A stretch of DNA of 64,000 nucleotides from a virus, in the IMG/VR virus record IMGVR_UViG_3300027708_000022, positions 1 through 64,000 of that record. One strand, given 5' to 3'. Shown here in pieces: positions 1 to 8,766 of this stretch. How positions within the stretch are numbered: the first letter of the stretch is position 1; the number at the start of each line of letters is the position of its first letter. The translations under genes and the position numbers were made by a program. The notes under the pieces were generated by a model, which saw nothing but the letters and a program-made list of their open reading frames with translations, made no database searches and was not told the origin of the DNA.

Positions 1-985
1 ATAGTTTTTCTTCTAATACTTTCAATCCAGATTCTATTTCGGTAACTCTATCATTATTCTCTTTGATTTGTTGTTCTTTAAACCCCAAGGCAATTTCTTG
101 CTTACAGGTTGGACAATTATCATTCTGTTCAAAGAAACTGATATCAGTCTTATATTTGGATAAGTTGTTCTCAATCTGCGATTCAATTTTAGTAAATTTC
201 TTGAGTCTAGTCTCGACTTCAATTTTGTTTTCCACGTCGGTTTGTAATATGTTGATTGAGTTGGATGTTTGTTGTATTTTTTCTTGTAACTCAAGTATGT
301 CAGTATTATACAATTTGATTTGATTATCATATTCTTCTACCTTCTCATCATTAGTTTTTTGTATACTCTTAATATGAGTATTCTGGATTTCAATCTTTGC
401 TTCTACAATTTGTAACTTAGAATTGTTTTCAACAACATGATCTTTGTTACCAGACATCTTCTCTTTCAATACAGTATTCATTGTAGAAAAGATTTGTATG
501 TCTAGTAAATCTTCAATGATAGACCTACGATCAGATGCAGATAACTGCATGAATGGCACGAATGATGCAGAACCTAATATAACAATCTGTGTAAATGATT
601 TATAATTTAATTTTAGAATAAACTTCTCTAAGTATTCTTGATAATCTCTACTTGCGGCATCCTGATTCAGTAAATCGCCATCTTGATATATTTCAAAGAT
701 GTTAGGTTTTATGCCACGAATAATTTTATATTTTTTATTACCAATATCAAATTCACATTCAGTAACACAATCTTTTTGATTGATGGCATTAATCAGTTGT
801 GGTTTGTTAATACTTCTAAATGCTTTACCAAATAGAGTAAAACACAATGCATCAAGCATCGTGGATTTACCCGCACCATTAGAACCAATAATTAATGTAT
901 TAGACGATCTTTGAAAATCAATCTCGGTATAATAATTACCAGTGCTAATAAAGTTCTTATATCTAACTTTTTTAAATACAATCAT
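1..985 (-). CDS. gp46: Recombination endonuclease ATPase subunit (Rad50/SbcC-like), 5' part; runs off window edge
   Basis: Not in ORF track. Manual translation from ATG at 985 (TAATG overlap with gp47 stop): MIVFKKVRYKNFISTGN...IIGSNGAGKSTMLDALCF (Walker A)...SFTQIVILGSASFVPFMQL. Confidence 0.95.
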   Translation of the reverse strand, partial: MIVFKKVRYKNFISTGNYYTEIDFQRSSNTLIIGSNGAGKSTMLDALCFTLFGKAFRSINKPQLINAINQKDCVTECEFDIGNKKYKIIRGIKPNIFEIYQDGDLLNQDAASRDYQEYLEKFILKLNYKSFTQIVILGSASFVPFMQLSASDRRSIIEDLLDIQIFSTMNTVLKEKMSGNKDHVVENNSKLQIVEAKIEIQNTHIKSIQKTNDEKVEEYDNQIKLYNTDILELQEKIQQTSNSINILQTDVENKIEVETRLKKFTKIESQIENNLSKYKTDISFFEQNDNCPTCKQEIALGFKEQQIKENNDRVTEIESGLKVLEEKL

Positions 986-2055
986 TAATCAACTCTCTCT
1001 ACATTTACCGCTTCAACGTATAGTTCTTTCATTAGACCTTTAAGTATATCAGGTTTTACATTCAATGTCAACCCATCAATATACTTATTTAAGATAGTCA
1101 TAGTATCTTCCGCTTGATTTACCAATTCTTCATCATCGGTAACTGAATTATCGGTAAAATCTTCAACTATACCTATATCAGCAACACCAGTTTTATATAA
1201 GTTATCCATCACACTATCAAACAGATATGGATTTTGTTTGTTGACTACCACAATCTTAACGTAAGTATCTTTCAAATTATCATAATCAAATGCTTTCCAG
1301 TATGTAAAGTCTTGGACAGTATCATCATAACTTAATCTATGAAACATTTTATATGGATTAGGTATAAATTCTAGTTCTCTTGTGTCTGTATCAAATACAT
1401 GAAATCCTCTTTGGTCATCATAGTCTGCCCATGTAATTTCGTATTGATTGCCTAGATATGTTATATTACCATTAGTTGATTTATGATGAAAGTGACCAGA
1501 TAATACAGTATCAAATCGTTTGAATAGAGAAGAATCTAAACCACCTTGACAAACATTACCACGATCCATTTCAAATCCAGATATTTCAAAATGACCAAAT
1601 ACAATTTGACTCTGTGTATTATTTAAAAATTCTAAACTACTTTGATAGTTACTTGAATTTATCCATGGTACCAATGCAACATTAATACCATCATATACTC
1701 TTTCAACGGGATCAATATACACATTTACATTATTGTAATGCTCAAATAATTCATTCATGGCATTGATTTCATTTGTATTCTTGTAAGTAACATCATGATT
1801 ACCTACAATAACATCCATTTGAATATTGTTCTTTAATAATCTATCAAAGAATCTTTTACGCCAAGAATTCAATGTAACATAATTAATAAATTTTCTACGA
1901 TCAACAACATCACCTAAATGACAAATCTGTGTGATGTTATTTTCTTCTAAGTATGGAAAGAATACATTTTCCCAAAACTTAAAAAAGAATTCATTGAATA
2001 TTGCACTGTCACCTCTTGCACCGGCATGGGTGTCATTTATTAGGGCTAACTTCAT
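985..2055 (-). CDS. gp47: Recombination endonuclease nuclease subunit (Mre11/SbcD-like)
   Basis: Metallophosphoesterase motifs DTH, GDVVD, GNHD, GHFH; start moved to ATG 2055 (MKLALINDTH) behind a GGTGAG SD-like sequence; adjacent to gp46. Confidence 0.95.
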   Translation of the reverse strand: MKLALINDTHAGARGDSAIFNEFFFKFWENVFFPYLEENNITQICHLGDVVDRRKFINYVTLNSWRKRFFDRLLKNNIQMDVIVGNHDVTYKNTNEINAMNELFEHYNNVNVYIDPVERVYDGINVALVPWINSSNYQSSLEFLNNTQSQIVFGHFEISGFEMDRGNVCQGGLDSSLFKRFDTVLSGHFHHKSTNGNITYLGNQYEITWADYDDQRGFHVFDTDTRELEFIPNPYKMFHRLSYDDTVQDFTYWKAFDYDNLKDTYVKIVVVNKQNPYLFDSVMDNLYKTGVADIGIVEDFTDNSVTDDEELVNQAEDTMTILNKYIDGLTLNVKPDILKGLMKELYVEAVNVERVD

Positions 2056-2485
2056 CAAACTCACCTTTTTTCTGATATTCTATTCTATAAGTTCTGTTAC
2101 GTAATTCACTACTGCTAAAGTGATGATCTCTCCGATTAAAATAGATTTCAATACCTCTACCAGCACAGATATCTTTTGCAGTGAATTGTTTTTCTTTATA
2201 TTCATCACCAATAATTCTAACTGAAATTGGGAATGAACGGAATATTTCCTCTAAGTCACTTTCATATGTGTATGGTATAATCTGATCAACATATGTAACT
2301 GCCTTGAGTTGAATATATCTTTCAACTACACTTTGGATAGGTTTATTTTTTTCTTTCCGATCAATTGTTGGATCAGTTTGTAATCCAACAATTAAAAAGT
2401 CACATTGAGTCTTTGCTTCTTCTAACATCAATATGTGACCAGCATGAAGTAAATCAAATGCACTACATGTAAATCCAACTCTCAT
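2033..2485 (-). CDS. Cytidylyltransferase (glycerol-3-phosphate cytidylyltransferase/TagD-like)
   Basis: FDLLHAGH (HxGH) motif, VGLQTD, C-terminal R...SSSELR; SD AGGAG. Confidence 0.85.
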   Translation of the reverse strand: MRVGFTCSAFDLLHAGHILMLEEAKTQCDFLIVGLQTDPTIDRKEKNKPIQSVVERYIQLKAVTYVDQIIPYTYESDLEEIFRSFPISVRIIGDEYKEKQFTAKDICAGRGIEIYFNRRDHHFSSSELRNRTYRIEYQKKGEFDEVSPNK

Positions 2486-2495
2486 AATAATCTCC

Positions 2496-3053
2496 TTAAA
2501 TTTCTGGTAGTTCTTTCACATCCAATTCAATAAAGTTTTCAATACCTTTAATCTTTACTTTCTTTTTATTCTTTTTAGTTTCTTCAAATGTATGAATGAA
2601 TTCTGATATGTTATCATACATTTTAAATTGTTGCATATGCCCATTCTCATCTTCAAACATTTCACCTTCATCTAATAAACCAAACTGTTCTGTTGCTTTG
2701 TATTTTACATATAGTTGTTTCTTCTCTTTGGCAATTCTTCGTAGAAATGCAAAGTAAATAATCTGTGTAAAATAGGCAAATGGATTAGATGATTTGGCAG
2801 GATCAAAGTTTCTGAAATACATTATACAATTTTCAATACCATCTGCAATCATTTCATCTCTAAATGAATATGATACGAAGTTTGGTTTTCTAGATAGATG
2901 TTCTGCAATTTTAATAAAACATTCACCGATATAGTTTGGTACTATAGGTTCTGGTTTATCATTTTTTTTGGCTTCAACACACTTTTCGGTATAATCGGTT
3001 AGTGCTTTTAAGAAGTCGGCATTGTTAATGTAATGTGCTTTTTTCTTACTCAT
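2496..3053 (-). CDS. gp55: Late-transcription sigma factor
   Basis: HYINNADFL...YIGECFIKIAEHLS.KPNFVSYSFRDEMIADGIENC..YF.NFDP.KS.NPFAYFTQI; T4 synteny with gp47/46. Confidence 0.95.
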   Translation of the reverse strand: MSKKKAHYINNADFLKALTDYTEKCVEAKKNDKPEPIVPNYIGECFIKIAEHLSRKPNFVSYSFRDEMIADGIENCIMYFRNFDPAKSSNPFAYFTQIIYFAFLRRIAKEKKQLYVKYKATEQFGLLDEGEMFEDENGHMQQFKMYDNISEFIHTFEETKKNKKKVKIKGIENFIELDVKELPEI

Positions 3054-3074
3054 AATATTTACCTTATATTTCGC

Positions 3075-3103
3075 TTGACAGGTTAGTGATACATTGTTAT
3101 AAT
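3075..3103 (+). promoter_or_regulatory. Consensus sigma70-type (early) promoter, oriented antisense to the local operon
   Basis: TTGACA (3075-3080), 17-nt spacer ending TGT, TATAAT (3098-3103). Confidence 0.8.
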
Positions 3104-3117
3104 GGTTTTGTCGTTCT

Positions 3118-3549
3118 TTAATGTAATATTCTTTTCTTATTACTTAATACTTCTTTAATGGTTTCAATACTATCTACATACTCTGAGAACTCTTCTTCTG
3201 AAACATCTTCTTCATCACCATCTTCGTTTAATGATTGTTCAATGTGGTCTGACTCTTCAATGATACATTCATTCAAATCAATCACTGCCTTATTATAATA
3301 ATTAACAAGAGATTCTTTAGGTTGAAATACAGTTAATACGTCTTGTGAATAAACTGTAGCCATATTATATTGAATAATCTCTACAGGTAACCAAGGTACC
3401 ATCATCATAACTGATTTACCAGTAATCTGTCTTTTAAATAATACTGTCATAGGATTGTTAAGTGTAACGATACCTTCTTCTTTATCTTCTATCATAGAAG
3501 CAATGATATCTTCACCCGATTGCATCCTTATTATTTTTATGTTATCCAT
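3118..3549 (-). CDS. Conserved T4-like hypothetical protein with acidic C-terminus
   Basis: IKIIRMQSGEDIIA N-terminus typical of the gene lying between uvsW and gp55 in environmental T4-like phages. Confidence 0.7.
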   Translation of the reverse strand: MDNIKIIRMQSGEDIIASMIEDKEEGIVTLNNPMTVLFKRQITGKSVMMMVPWLPVEIIQYNMATVYSQDVLTVFQPKESLVNYYNKAVIDLNECIIEESDHIEQSLNEDGDEEDVSEEEFSEYVDSIETIKEVLSNKKRILH

Positions 3550-3579
3550 GTCAAAAATACCCTTTTAGGTAAAAAAAAT

Positions 3580-3587
3580 TATAAATA
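3580..3587 (+). promoter_or_regulatory. T4-type late promoter for the GIY-YIG gene
   Basis: Exact TATAAATA about 60 nt upstream of ATG 3646. Confidence 0.75.
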
Positions 3588-3645
3588 AGTGTAGATCGCC
3601 GAGTTGCAGCTCGCACCTACTCTAATACGAAAGGACCGTATCAGT

Positions 3646-4146
3646 ATGACTATTTATTCTTCTAAAAACAGACCTAATCATTTTTATGTATATGCTTATC
3701 TAAGAGATAATAATTTACCTTATTATATAGGTAAAGGTTGCAGAGATAGAGCATGGAACAAAAATCATTCAATAAACATACCTAATGATAACACAAAAAT
3801 AATAATAATGCAAGCTAATTTAACGGAAATTGGAGCATTTGCCATAGAAAGAAGAATGATTCAATGGTATGGAAGAATTGATAATGGTACAGGTATACTT
3901 AGAAATTTAACTGATGGTGGTGATGGAACATCCGGTTATAAACAATCAGAAATACACATACAAAAACGAAAAAAAGCTAGACTTTTAAGTGGATATAATC
4001 ATACACCAGAATCTAAAAATAAATTATCAATTAATAAAACAGGTAAACTTAGACCAGATCATAGTCAAAAAATGAAACAGTATTGGGATAAAAAAACAAA
4101 AGAAGAAAAATTACAACATTCCAAAAAAACTTTTAATAAAAATTAA
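3646..4146 (+). mobile_element. Free-standing GIY-YIG-type homing endonuclease with NUMOD3-like DNA-binding motifs
   Basis: FYVYAYLR...YYIGKG...R, E..MIQWYGR, LRNLTDGGDG, HTPESKNKLS; opposite strand to neighbours; start set at ATG 3646 (MTIYS) rather than TTG 3604; stop overlaps the uvsW-C stop (TTAA 4143-4146). Confidence 0.85.
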
Positions 4147-4838
4147 ATTTTTAATTCTATATTATAAAACTTATAATTAAATTTTTCATCGTCATACATC
4201 TTTACTCTGCCAACGAAGTGTGTCAAGGTATAATTAACATGTTTGCCTATTCTAAAATCATCAGAGATATCATAAAGAACCGCTTCTTCTTTATTATCAC
4301 CTAATCTAAGTCCACGACCAATTGATTGTAGATTACGAATTTTTGATTTAGATGGTGATGCAAATATTACATTATGTAAATTACGTATATTAATACCAGT
4401 TGAGAATGTACCGTATGAAGCAACAATAATGGCATCTGTTTCACGTTCAGTTATATCTCTAATAGATTCTCTAACTTCGGTATCAGTACCACCATATACA
4501 AAAAATACTTTACGTTTACCTGCTTCTTCTTTTATAATATTATGTAGAACTTTACCATGTTTATCTACAAATTGAAATAGTATTAATGAATTACCTTTCA
4601 ACGACAAGGCAAGATTCTTTATAAATGCATTTCTTGCTGTGTTCAATACTATATATTCAATCTCTTCTTTGTAGTCCCACTTCTTAGATAACTTACAAAC
4701 TTCTTCTGGATATTTAAGTATTAAACATTTAATCTTAAATTTAGATAACTGTTTGTTATCCATTAATTCTTTTGTTGTTGTTGCTTTATATACTGGTCCA
4801 AATAAACCTTCTAATACTAATCTATGAACATTACTCAT
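4143..4838 (-). CDS. uvsW: UvsW helicase, C-terminal half (RecA2 domain)
   Basis: HRLVLEGLFGPV, VASYGTFSTGINI (motif V), LQSIGRGLR (motif VI). Confidence 0.93.
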   Translation of the reverse strand: MSNVHRLVLEGLFGPVYKATTTKELMDNKQLSKFKIKCLILKYPEEVCKLSKKWDYKEEIEYIVLNTARNAFIKNLALSLKGNSLILFQFVDKHGKVLHNIIKEEAGKRKVFFVYGGTDTEVRESIRDITERETDAIIVASYGTFSTGINIRNLHNVIFASPSKSKIRNLQSIGRGLRLGDNKEEAVLYDISDDFRIGKHVNYTLTHFVGRVKMYDDEKFNYKFYNIELKI

Positions 4839-5493
4839 TTTTTTCCATAATATTTTTTAACATTTGTTGTCGTCTTTTTTCTATCAATAATAAAGATTTT
4901 TCTTTACCTAAAAGTTCTTCGTATGTTTTGCCTCTTGACCAATCACCAATTTTTTTCTTAGATTCTTCTGTGTGTGGATATCTGCCACTATATGTTAATT
5001 GTTCAAAGGATATTTTTCCATCAATAAAAGAATACAACCTTCTTTTTGTTGTTTGTAATTTTTCCCAAGCTTCTTTTCTACTTTTATACTTTATTCCATT
5101 TATTTCTATTTCTTTAGCATTTGGATTATTTTCTGACATTCTTTTCATTTCTTTATCAGAAAGAGTTTTACCTTTATGGTGTAAACTTGCTGATAAAGAG
5201 TGTGCTTTTCTAGCTATTTCATAACCAATTGAAGTGTAGTACCTATTAGTAGAATCATGGTATCTCATCATGCCAAAAGCATGACCCATTTTAATTTTAT
5301 CTTTTCCTTTTGAGAATTTCCATAATAACCAATGACACACAAAGTGTTCTCTTGCTGTCAATTTTACTTTATTTTTTTTACCATTGTCACCACCTAAAGA
5401 TTTAGGTATTATATGGTGCTCCTCAAAATACTCGGACATTGTCCGAGTATTAGCTTTTTCTATTATAGAGTAATATATTTTTTGATAGTCCAT
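4831..5493 (-). mobile_element. HNH homing endonuclease inserted in and splitting uvsW
   Basis: EEHHIIPKSLGG.N...N.V.LTAREHFVCHWLL HNH motif; NUMOD-like HTEESKKKIG; lies between the two uvsW halves. Confidence 0.9.
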
Positions 5494-5498
5494 ATTTC

Positions 5499-5506
5499 TA
5501 TTTATG
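5499..5506 (-). promoter_or_regulatory. Late promoter variant (CATAAATA) for the HNH gene
   Basis: CATAAATA 5 nt before ATG 5493; the same variant precedes gp2 and gp8. Confidence 0.6.
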
Positions 5507-5528
5507 CGTTTTAGTTCCTTCTAATAGG

Positions 5529-6302
5529 TTAATTAGCTAATGTTCCGGTGCAACCTATTCTATATTTTGCATTAACCAATTGTGTCATAATTGTTGCTAG
5601 TGATTTGGCTTTGAATTGATGTGCCTCATCACCTATAACAAAATCAAATTGTTCAAAATATTCTGGTGGTTGTTTGTATATACTCTGCCAAGTCGATATT
5701 GATAGGAATTTATCTGAGTGTTTATCTCGACCAGCATATATTATATGACAGTTTGTTTTTGAGTCATAACCATAAGATTCAAAATCTGTGAACATCTGAT
5801 TACAAAGTGAAGTGGTTGGGACAATAAGTAACCCTTTTTTATAACCAGCATCTTGTATTCGTCTAAGTATCAAATAAATGATTAAAGATTTACCTGATGC
5901 AGTAGGTGAAAGAAGTAGAATTCTTTTATTACGGATTGCATGAACAAAAGAACTAACTTGATAATCACGAGGTTCAAATGGCAAACCAAGTGTCTGTATA
6001 AAGTCGTTGGCTTCTTTTAAGGAGTAATTGTCCGTGACTGTTATCTCAGAATCAATCTCAATTTTGTAATCTCTTTCTTTACAAAACTTTTCAATATAAG
6101 GTACCAAGCCATGGTATATTTCCATGGTTCTTAAATCAAGCAACCTTATCTTACCATCCCAATATCTTGCCTTAAATGCAGGAGTATATTGGTAGCCAGG
6201 AACATAGAAACAAAAATAATCGGAAAGTTCTTGTGCTACATTTCTTTCTGATACTACTCTGATAAAGGCTTCGTTAACCTTTTCTAATCTTAAATCATAC
6301 AC
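5529..6302 (-). CDS. uvsW: UvsW helicase, N-terminal half (RecA1 domain)
   Basis: WDGKIRL, PRDYQ, SPTASGKS (Walker A), DEAH (Walker B), ends GCTGTLAN (motif III). Confidence 0.93.
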   Translation of the reverse strand: MYDLRLEKVNEAFIRVVSERNVAQELSDYFCFYVPGYQYTPAFKARYWDGKIRLLDLRTMEIYHGLVPYIEKFCKERDYKIEIDSEITVTDNYSLKEANDFIQTLGLPFEPRDYQVSSFVHAIRNKRILLLSPTASGKSLIIYLILRRIQDAGYKKGLLIVPTTSLCNQMFTDFESYGYDSKTNCHIIYAGRDKHSDKFLSISTWQSIYKQPPEYFEQFDFVIGDEAHQFKAKSLATIMTQLVNAKYRIGCTGTLAN

Positions 6303-6729
6303 CCTGTATAAACCTTTCCCATGTTATAAATTCTTTCAATTGAAATGTTCGTGAATGCAATTCTTTAAGAATACTTTGGCATACATCAACAATTTCTTCA
6401 TGTAAAATTTTGTTAGCCAAGTATTTGTTTAAATCTTCATCACTCTCAAAGTATGTAGTGATCTCGGATTTGAGTACAAAAGGAAATGGTTCCCAACCAT
6501 AGTGTTTAAGTTGGTCATCATCTAATTTACCTGTATAGTATTCCCACTTCAGTCGTTTCATTTTGTTATACTTAAACTCAGACTCTCTCACCAATAGTCG
6601 GTGACGAGAAAGTATATTCAAATACTTACTATGTAGTTGTGGTATGTTTGTTAGTTCTTTGCCTGGCTCAGTTCTATCAATAACAGAATCTTTTGCCCAC
6701 ATAGCTAATAGTTCATCAAGTTTGTTCAT
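6295..6729 (-). CDS. uvsY: Recombination mediator protein
   Basis: W.KDS.ID...IPQLHSKYL...KWEYYTGK...RTFQLKEFITWERF; upstream of uvsW. Confidence 0.9.
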   Translation of the reverse strand: MNKLDELLAMWAKDSVIDRTEPGKELTNIPQLHSKYLNILSRHRLLVRESEFKYNKMKRLKWEYYTGKLDDDQLKHYGWEPFPFVLKSEITTYFESDEDLNKYLANKILHEEIVDVCQSILKELHSRTFQLKEFITWERFIQGV

Positions 6730-6760
6730 TATAAATCCTCCTGTTAGGAGTATACACTAA

Positions 6761-7300
6761 TTATGTAGCTCTGTCAACATCAAAATAGGAATATCTGAAT
6801 GTGGCATCGGCAGTAATGATGGAATCTGGTGTGTCTGAGGCAGAAACCACAAATGTAGATACCGATGTTGGAAACATATCGTAGAAAGTGAATGTGTGTA
6901 ATGGATTGTTTGCTGATGATAAAAGTGTAATCTTAGCATCAGAAAATTGTGGCATTAAATCACCACGAGCATTTGCATTTGAATTCAATAAACTAAGTTT
7001 TTTATATTCGTCAAAACTGGTTACTTTAGTCATAGCACGAATCCAATCGTGAATTTCTAACCAAGACTTTAACTCTTCATCTACCAAAAAGGTAATATTC
7101 AAAATATCATATATGGCCTTTTCACCGGGTGAATATAAATCAACCAATGGTGTATTACGAACAATTTCACCTAATGAAATGCCAGGAATAGTTATAGACT
7201 GACAAAAATATTGTAGATTAGGTACACGACTAAAGTTTAACTGAAACTTATTAGGGTGTAAGTAATTTGGATTGGATGGATTTCTTGTGAATGCACTCAT
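6761..7300 (-). CDS. gp3: Tail tube terminator / tail completion protein
   Basis: NYLHPNKF...YFCQSITIPGISLG...FLVDEEL.SWLEIHDWI...DMFPTS; start moved to ATG 7300, downstream of late promoter. Confidence 0.85.
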   Translation of the reverse strand: MSAFTRNPSNPNYLHPNKFQLNFSRVPNLQYFCQSITIPGISLGEIVRNTPLVDLYSPGEKAIYDILNITFLVDEELKSWLEIHDWIRAMTKVTSFDEYKKLSLLNSNANARGDLMPQFSDAKITLLSSANNPLHTFTFYDMFPTSVSTFVVSASDTPDSIITADATFRYSYFDVDRAT

Positions 7301-7323
7301 TATTGTCTCACTAGTTATACTGG

Positions 7324-7331
7324 TATTTATA
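7324..7331 (-). promoter_or_regulatory. Late promoter for gp3
   Basis: Exact TATAAATA on minus strand. Confidence 0.75.
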
Positions 7332-7334
7332 TGC

Positions 7335-7360
7335 AAAAAAAGAGGCACCGAAGTGCCTCT
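7335..7360 (-). terminator. Rho-independent terminator after gp23
   Basis: AGAGGCAC-UUCG-GUGCCUCU followed by a U-run. Confidence 0.9.
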
Positions 7361-7387
7361 CTAAAGAACTCTCTACGGAGTTTTTAT

Positions 7388-8746
7388 TTACATGATGTTT
7401 TTAATTGCAAAACCACGGTAGTAGTTGTTTGACTGAGCAGTTAAAGCACCTAGACCAGCATTAGTACCTTCTGCAAATGGATTAGCAACTAGACCGTAAC
7501 GAGTCTTGAAACCAATCTTTGGTTGGAATGTACCGGTATCAACGGCACGAACCATTTGGAGAGGAACGTAAGGGCAATAGAAAAGACCGGCGTCAAATGC
7601 ATTCGAACCTTTGAAACCAACAACTGCAAATTCGTTGGTTGAAGATGTTTGTGCATATGGGTCGATGTAAACTTTAATACGACCGAACATTGTACCAGCA
7701 AATGTATTACCAGTATCATCAACCACTAGGTTAACTTGTGATTGTAAAGCTGAACTATAGTCTAAAAGACCAGCCATCGCAAATGCAGATGCAACATCTG
7801 AAGATACGATAACGATATTACCTTTGCCACGACGAGTTGTCTTAGCAATGGTATTAGCTTCACGTTCTAATTGGAATGCCAAACCTTTGATTTTCTCAAC
7901 CATCCAACGACCGTTTGAGTCGGTGTCTAAGTCGAAAGTACCACGAGTTGTTGTACCAACTTGTGCGCCCAACTTTGCAGTACCGTAAATTGTACGAACA
8001 ACTTCACGGTTGATTTCAGCAAGAATTTCTGTTGACAAGATGTTTGCCAATTCTGTTTCTGCGTCTAGACCATGAACTGCTTTCAAGTCTTGAGCTAATT
8101 CAAGTGAATATTCTGCCTTCAAAGCACGAGTACGAGCAGTAACAGTAACTTTCTCAATTGAGAATGCCATTTCTTGGAATGTGTTACCAGCAGCACCGTC
8201 ACCAAGAGCTTCAGCAGAACCTGTAGTCATTGCAAGACCGGCTTGAGCGTTTGATGTGAATGTTTCTGTTGTGTTAGCAGCAACTGCCAATGCAGTTAAT
8301 TGGTTTGTAATAGCTGCAGCAAGTGCAGTATTAGCGCCAGAAAACTGTGTGTTAGCTTCATTGAAGAATGCTTCTGTACCGCCCTGTGATGCATACTTAG
8401 TACGCATTGCGAAAATCAAACCTGTTGGGCCTGTCATTGGCTGAACGCCGCAAATGTCATAGGCAATTAGATTTGGTAATGAACGACGAACCAAACTGAT
8501 TAAGATTGGGTCAAAACCAGCAACTGGACCTGCTGCAGCTGCACCACCACCGAAACCACCTGTACCAGCAAAGTTTGTTGGTGAACCAGCTTCTGTCAAC
8601 ATACCTGATGACTTAGCCATTTCAATAGCTTGGTTTTCTAAAATAACTGCTGTAACTGCTTTACGATATGGGTCTTTAATGGCCGGCATATCTTTATGGT
8701 CTAGTACCGCAGCCCATTTTGTTTGTAGTTCTTCTGACAAATACAT
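7388..8746 (-). CDS. gp23: Major capsid protein
   Basis: DPILISLVRRSLPNLIAYDICGVQPMTGPTGLIFAMR; LKAEYSLELAQDLKAVHGLDAE; FQPKIGFKTRYG. Confidence 0.98.
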   Translation of the reverse strand: MYLSEELQTKWAAVLDHKDMPAIKDPYRKAVTAVILENQAIEMAKSSGMLTEAGSPTNFAGTGGFGGGAAAAGPVAGFDPILISLVRRSLPNLIAYDICGVQPMTGPTGLIFAMRTKYASQGGTEAFFNEANTQFSGANTALAAAITNQLTALAVAANTTETFTSNAQAGLAMTTGSAEALGDGAAGNTFQEMAFSIEKVTVTARTRALKAEYSLELAQDLKAVHGLDAETELANILSTEILAEINREVVRTIYGTAKLGAQVGTTTRGTFDLDTDSNGRWMVEKIKGLAFQLEREANTIAKTTRRGKGNIVIVSSDVASAFAMAGLLDYSSALQSQVNLVVDDTGNTFAGTMFGRIKVYIDPYAQTSSTNEFAVVGFKGSNAFDAGLFYCPYVPLQMVRAVDTGTFQPKIGFKTRYGLVANPFAEGTNAGLGALTAQSNNYYRGFAIKNIM

Positions 8747-8766
8747 ATTAGATATCTCCTTGGATA

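Noticed and set aside
34-330. Two short ORFs from the ORF track
   Set aside because: They lie inside gp46, which is open from 985 to the window edge
4807-5526. 10-nt direct repeat TATTAGAAGG flanking the HNH gene as a target-site duplication
   Set aside because: Explained by UvsW naturally encoding L-(D/E)-G twice in this region; excision between the copies would not restore the normal protein
4831-5531. Group I intron in uvsW (would start UAA and end AUG, like the T4 td intron)
   Set aside because: Only 35 non-coding nt are available and no P3-P7 core or J8/7 sequence was recognisable on the minus strand; kept only as a test in the findings
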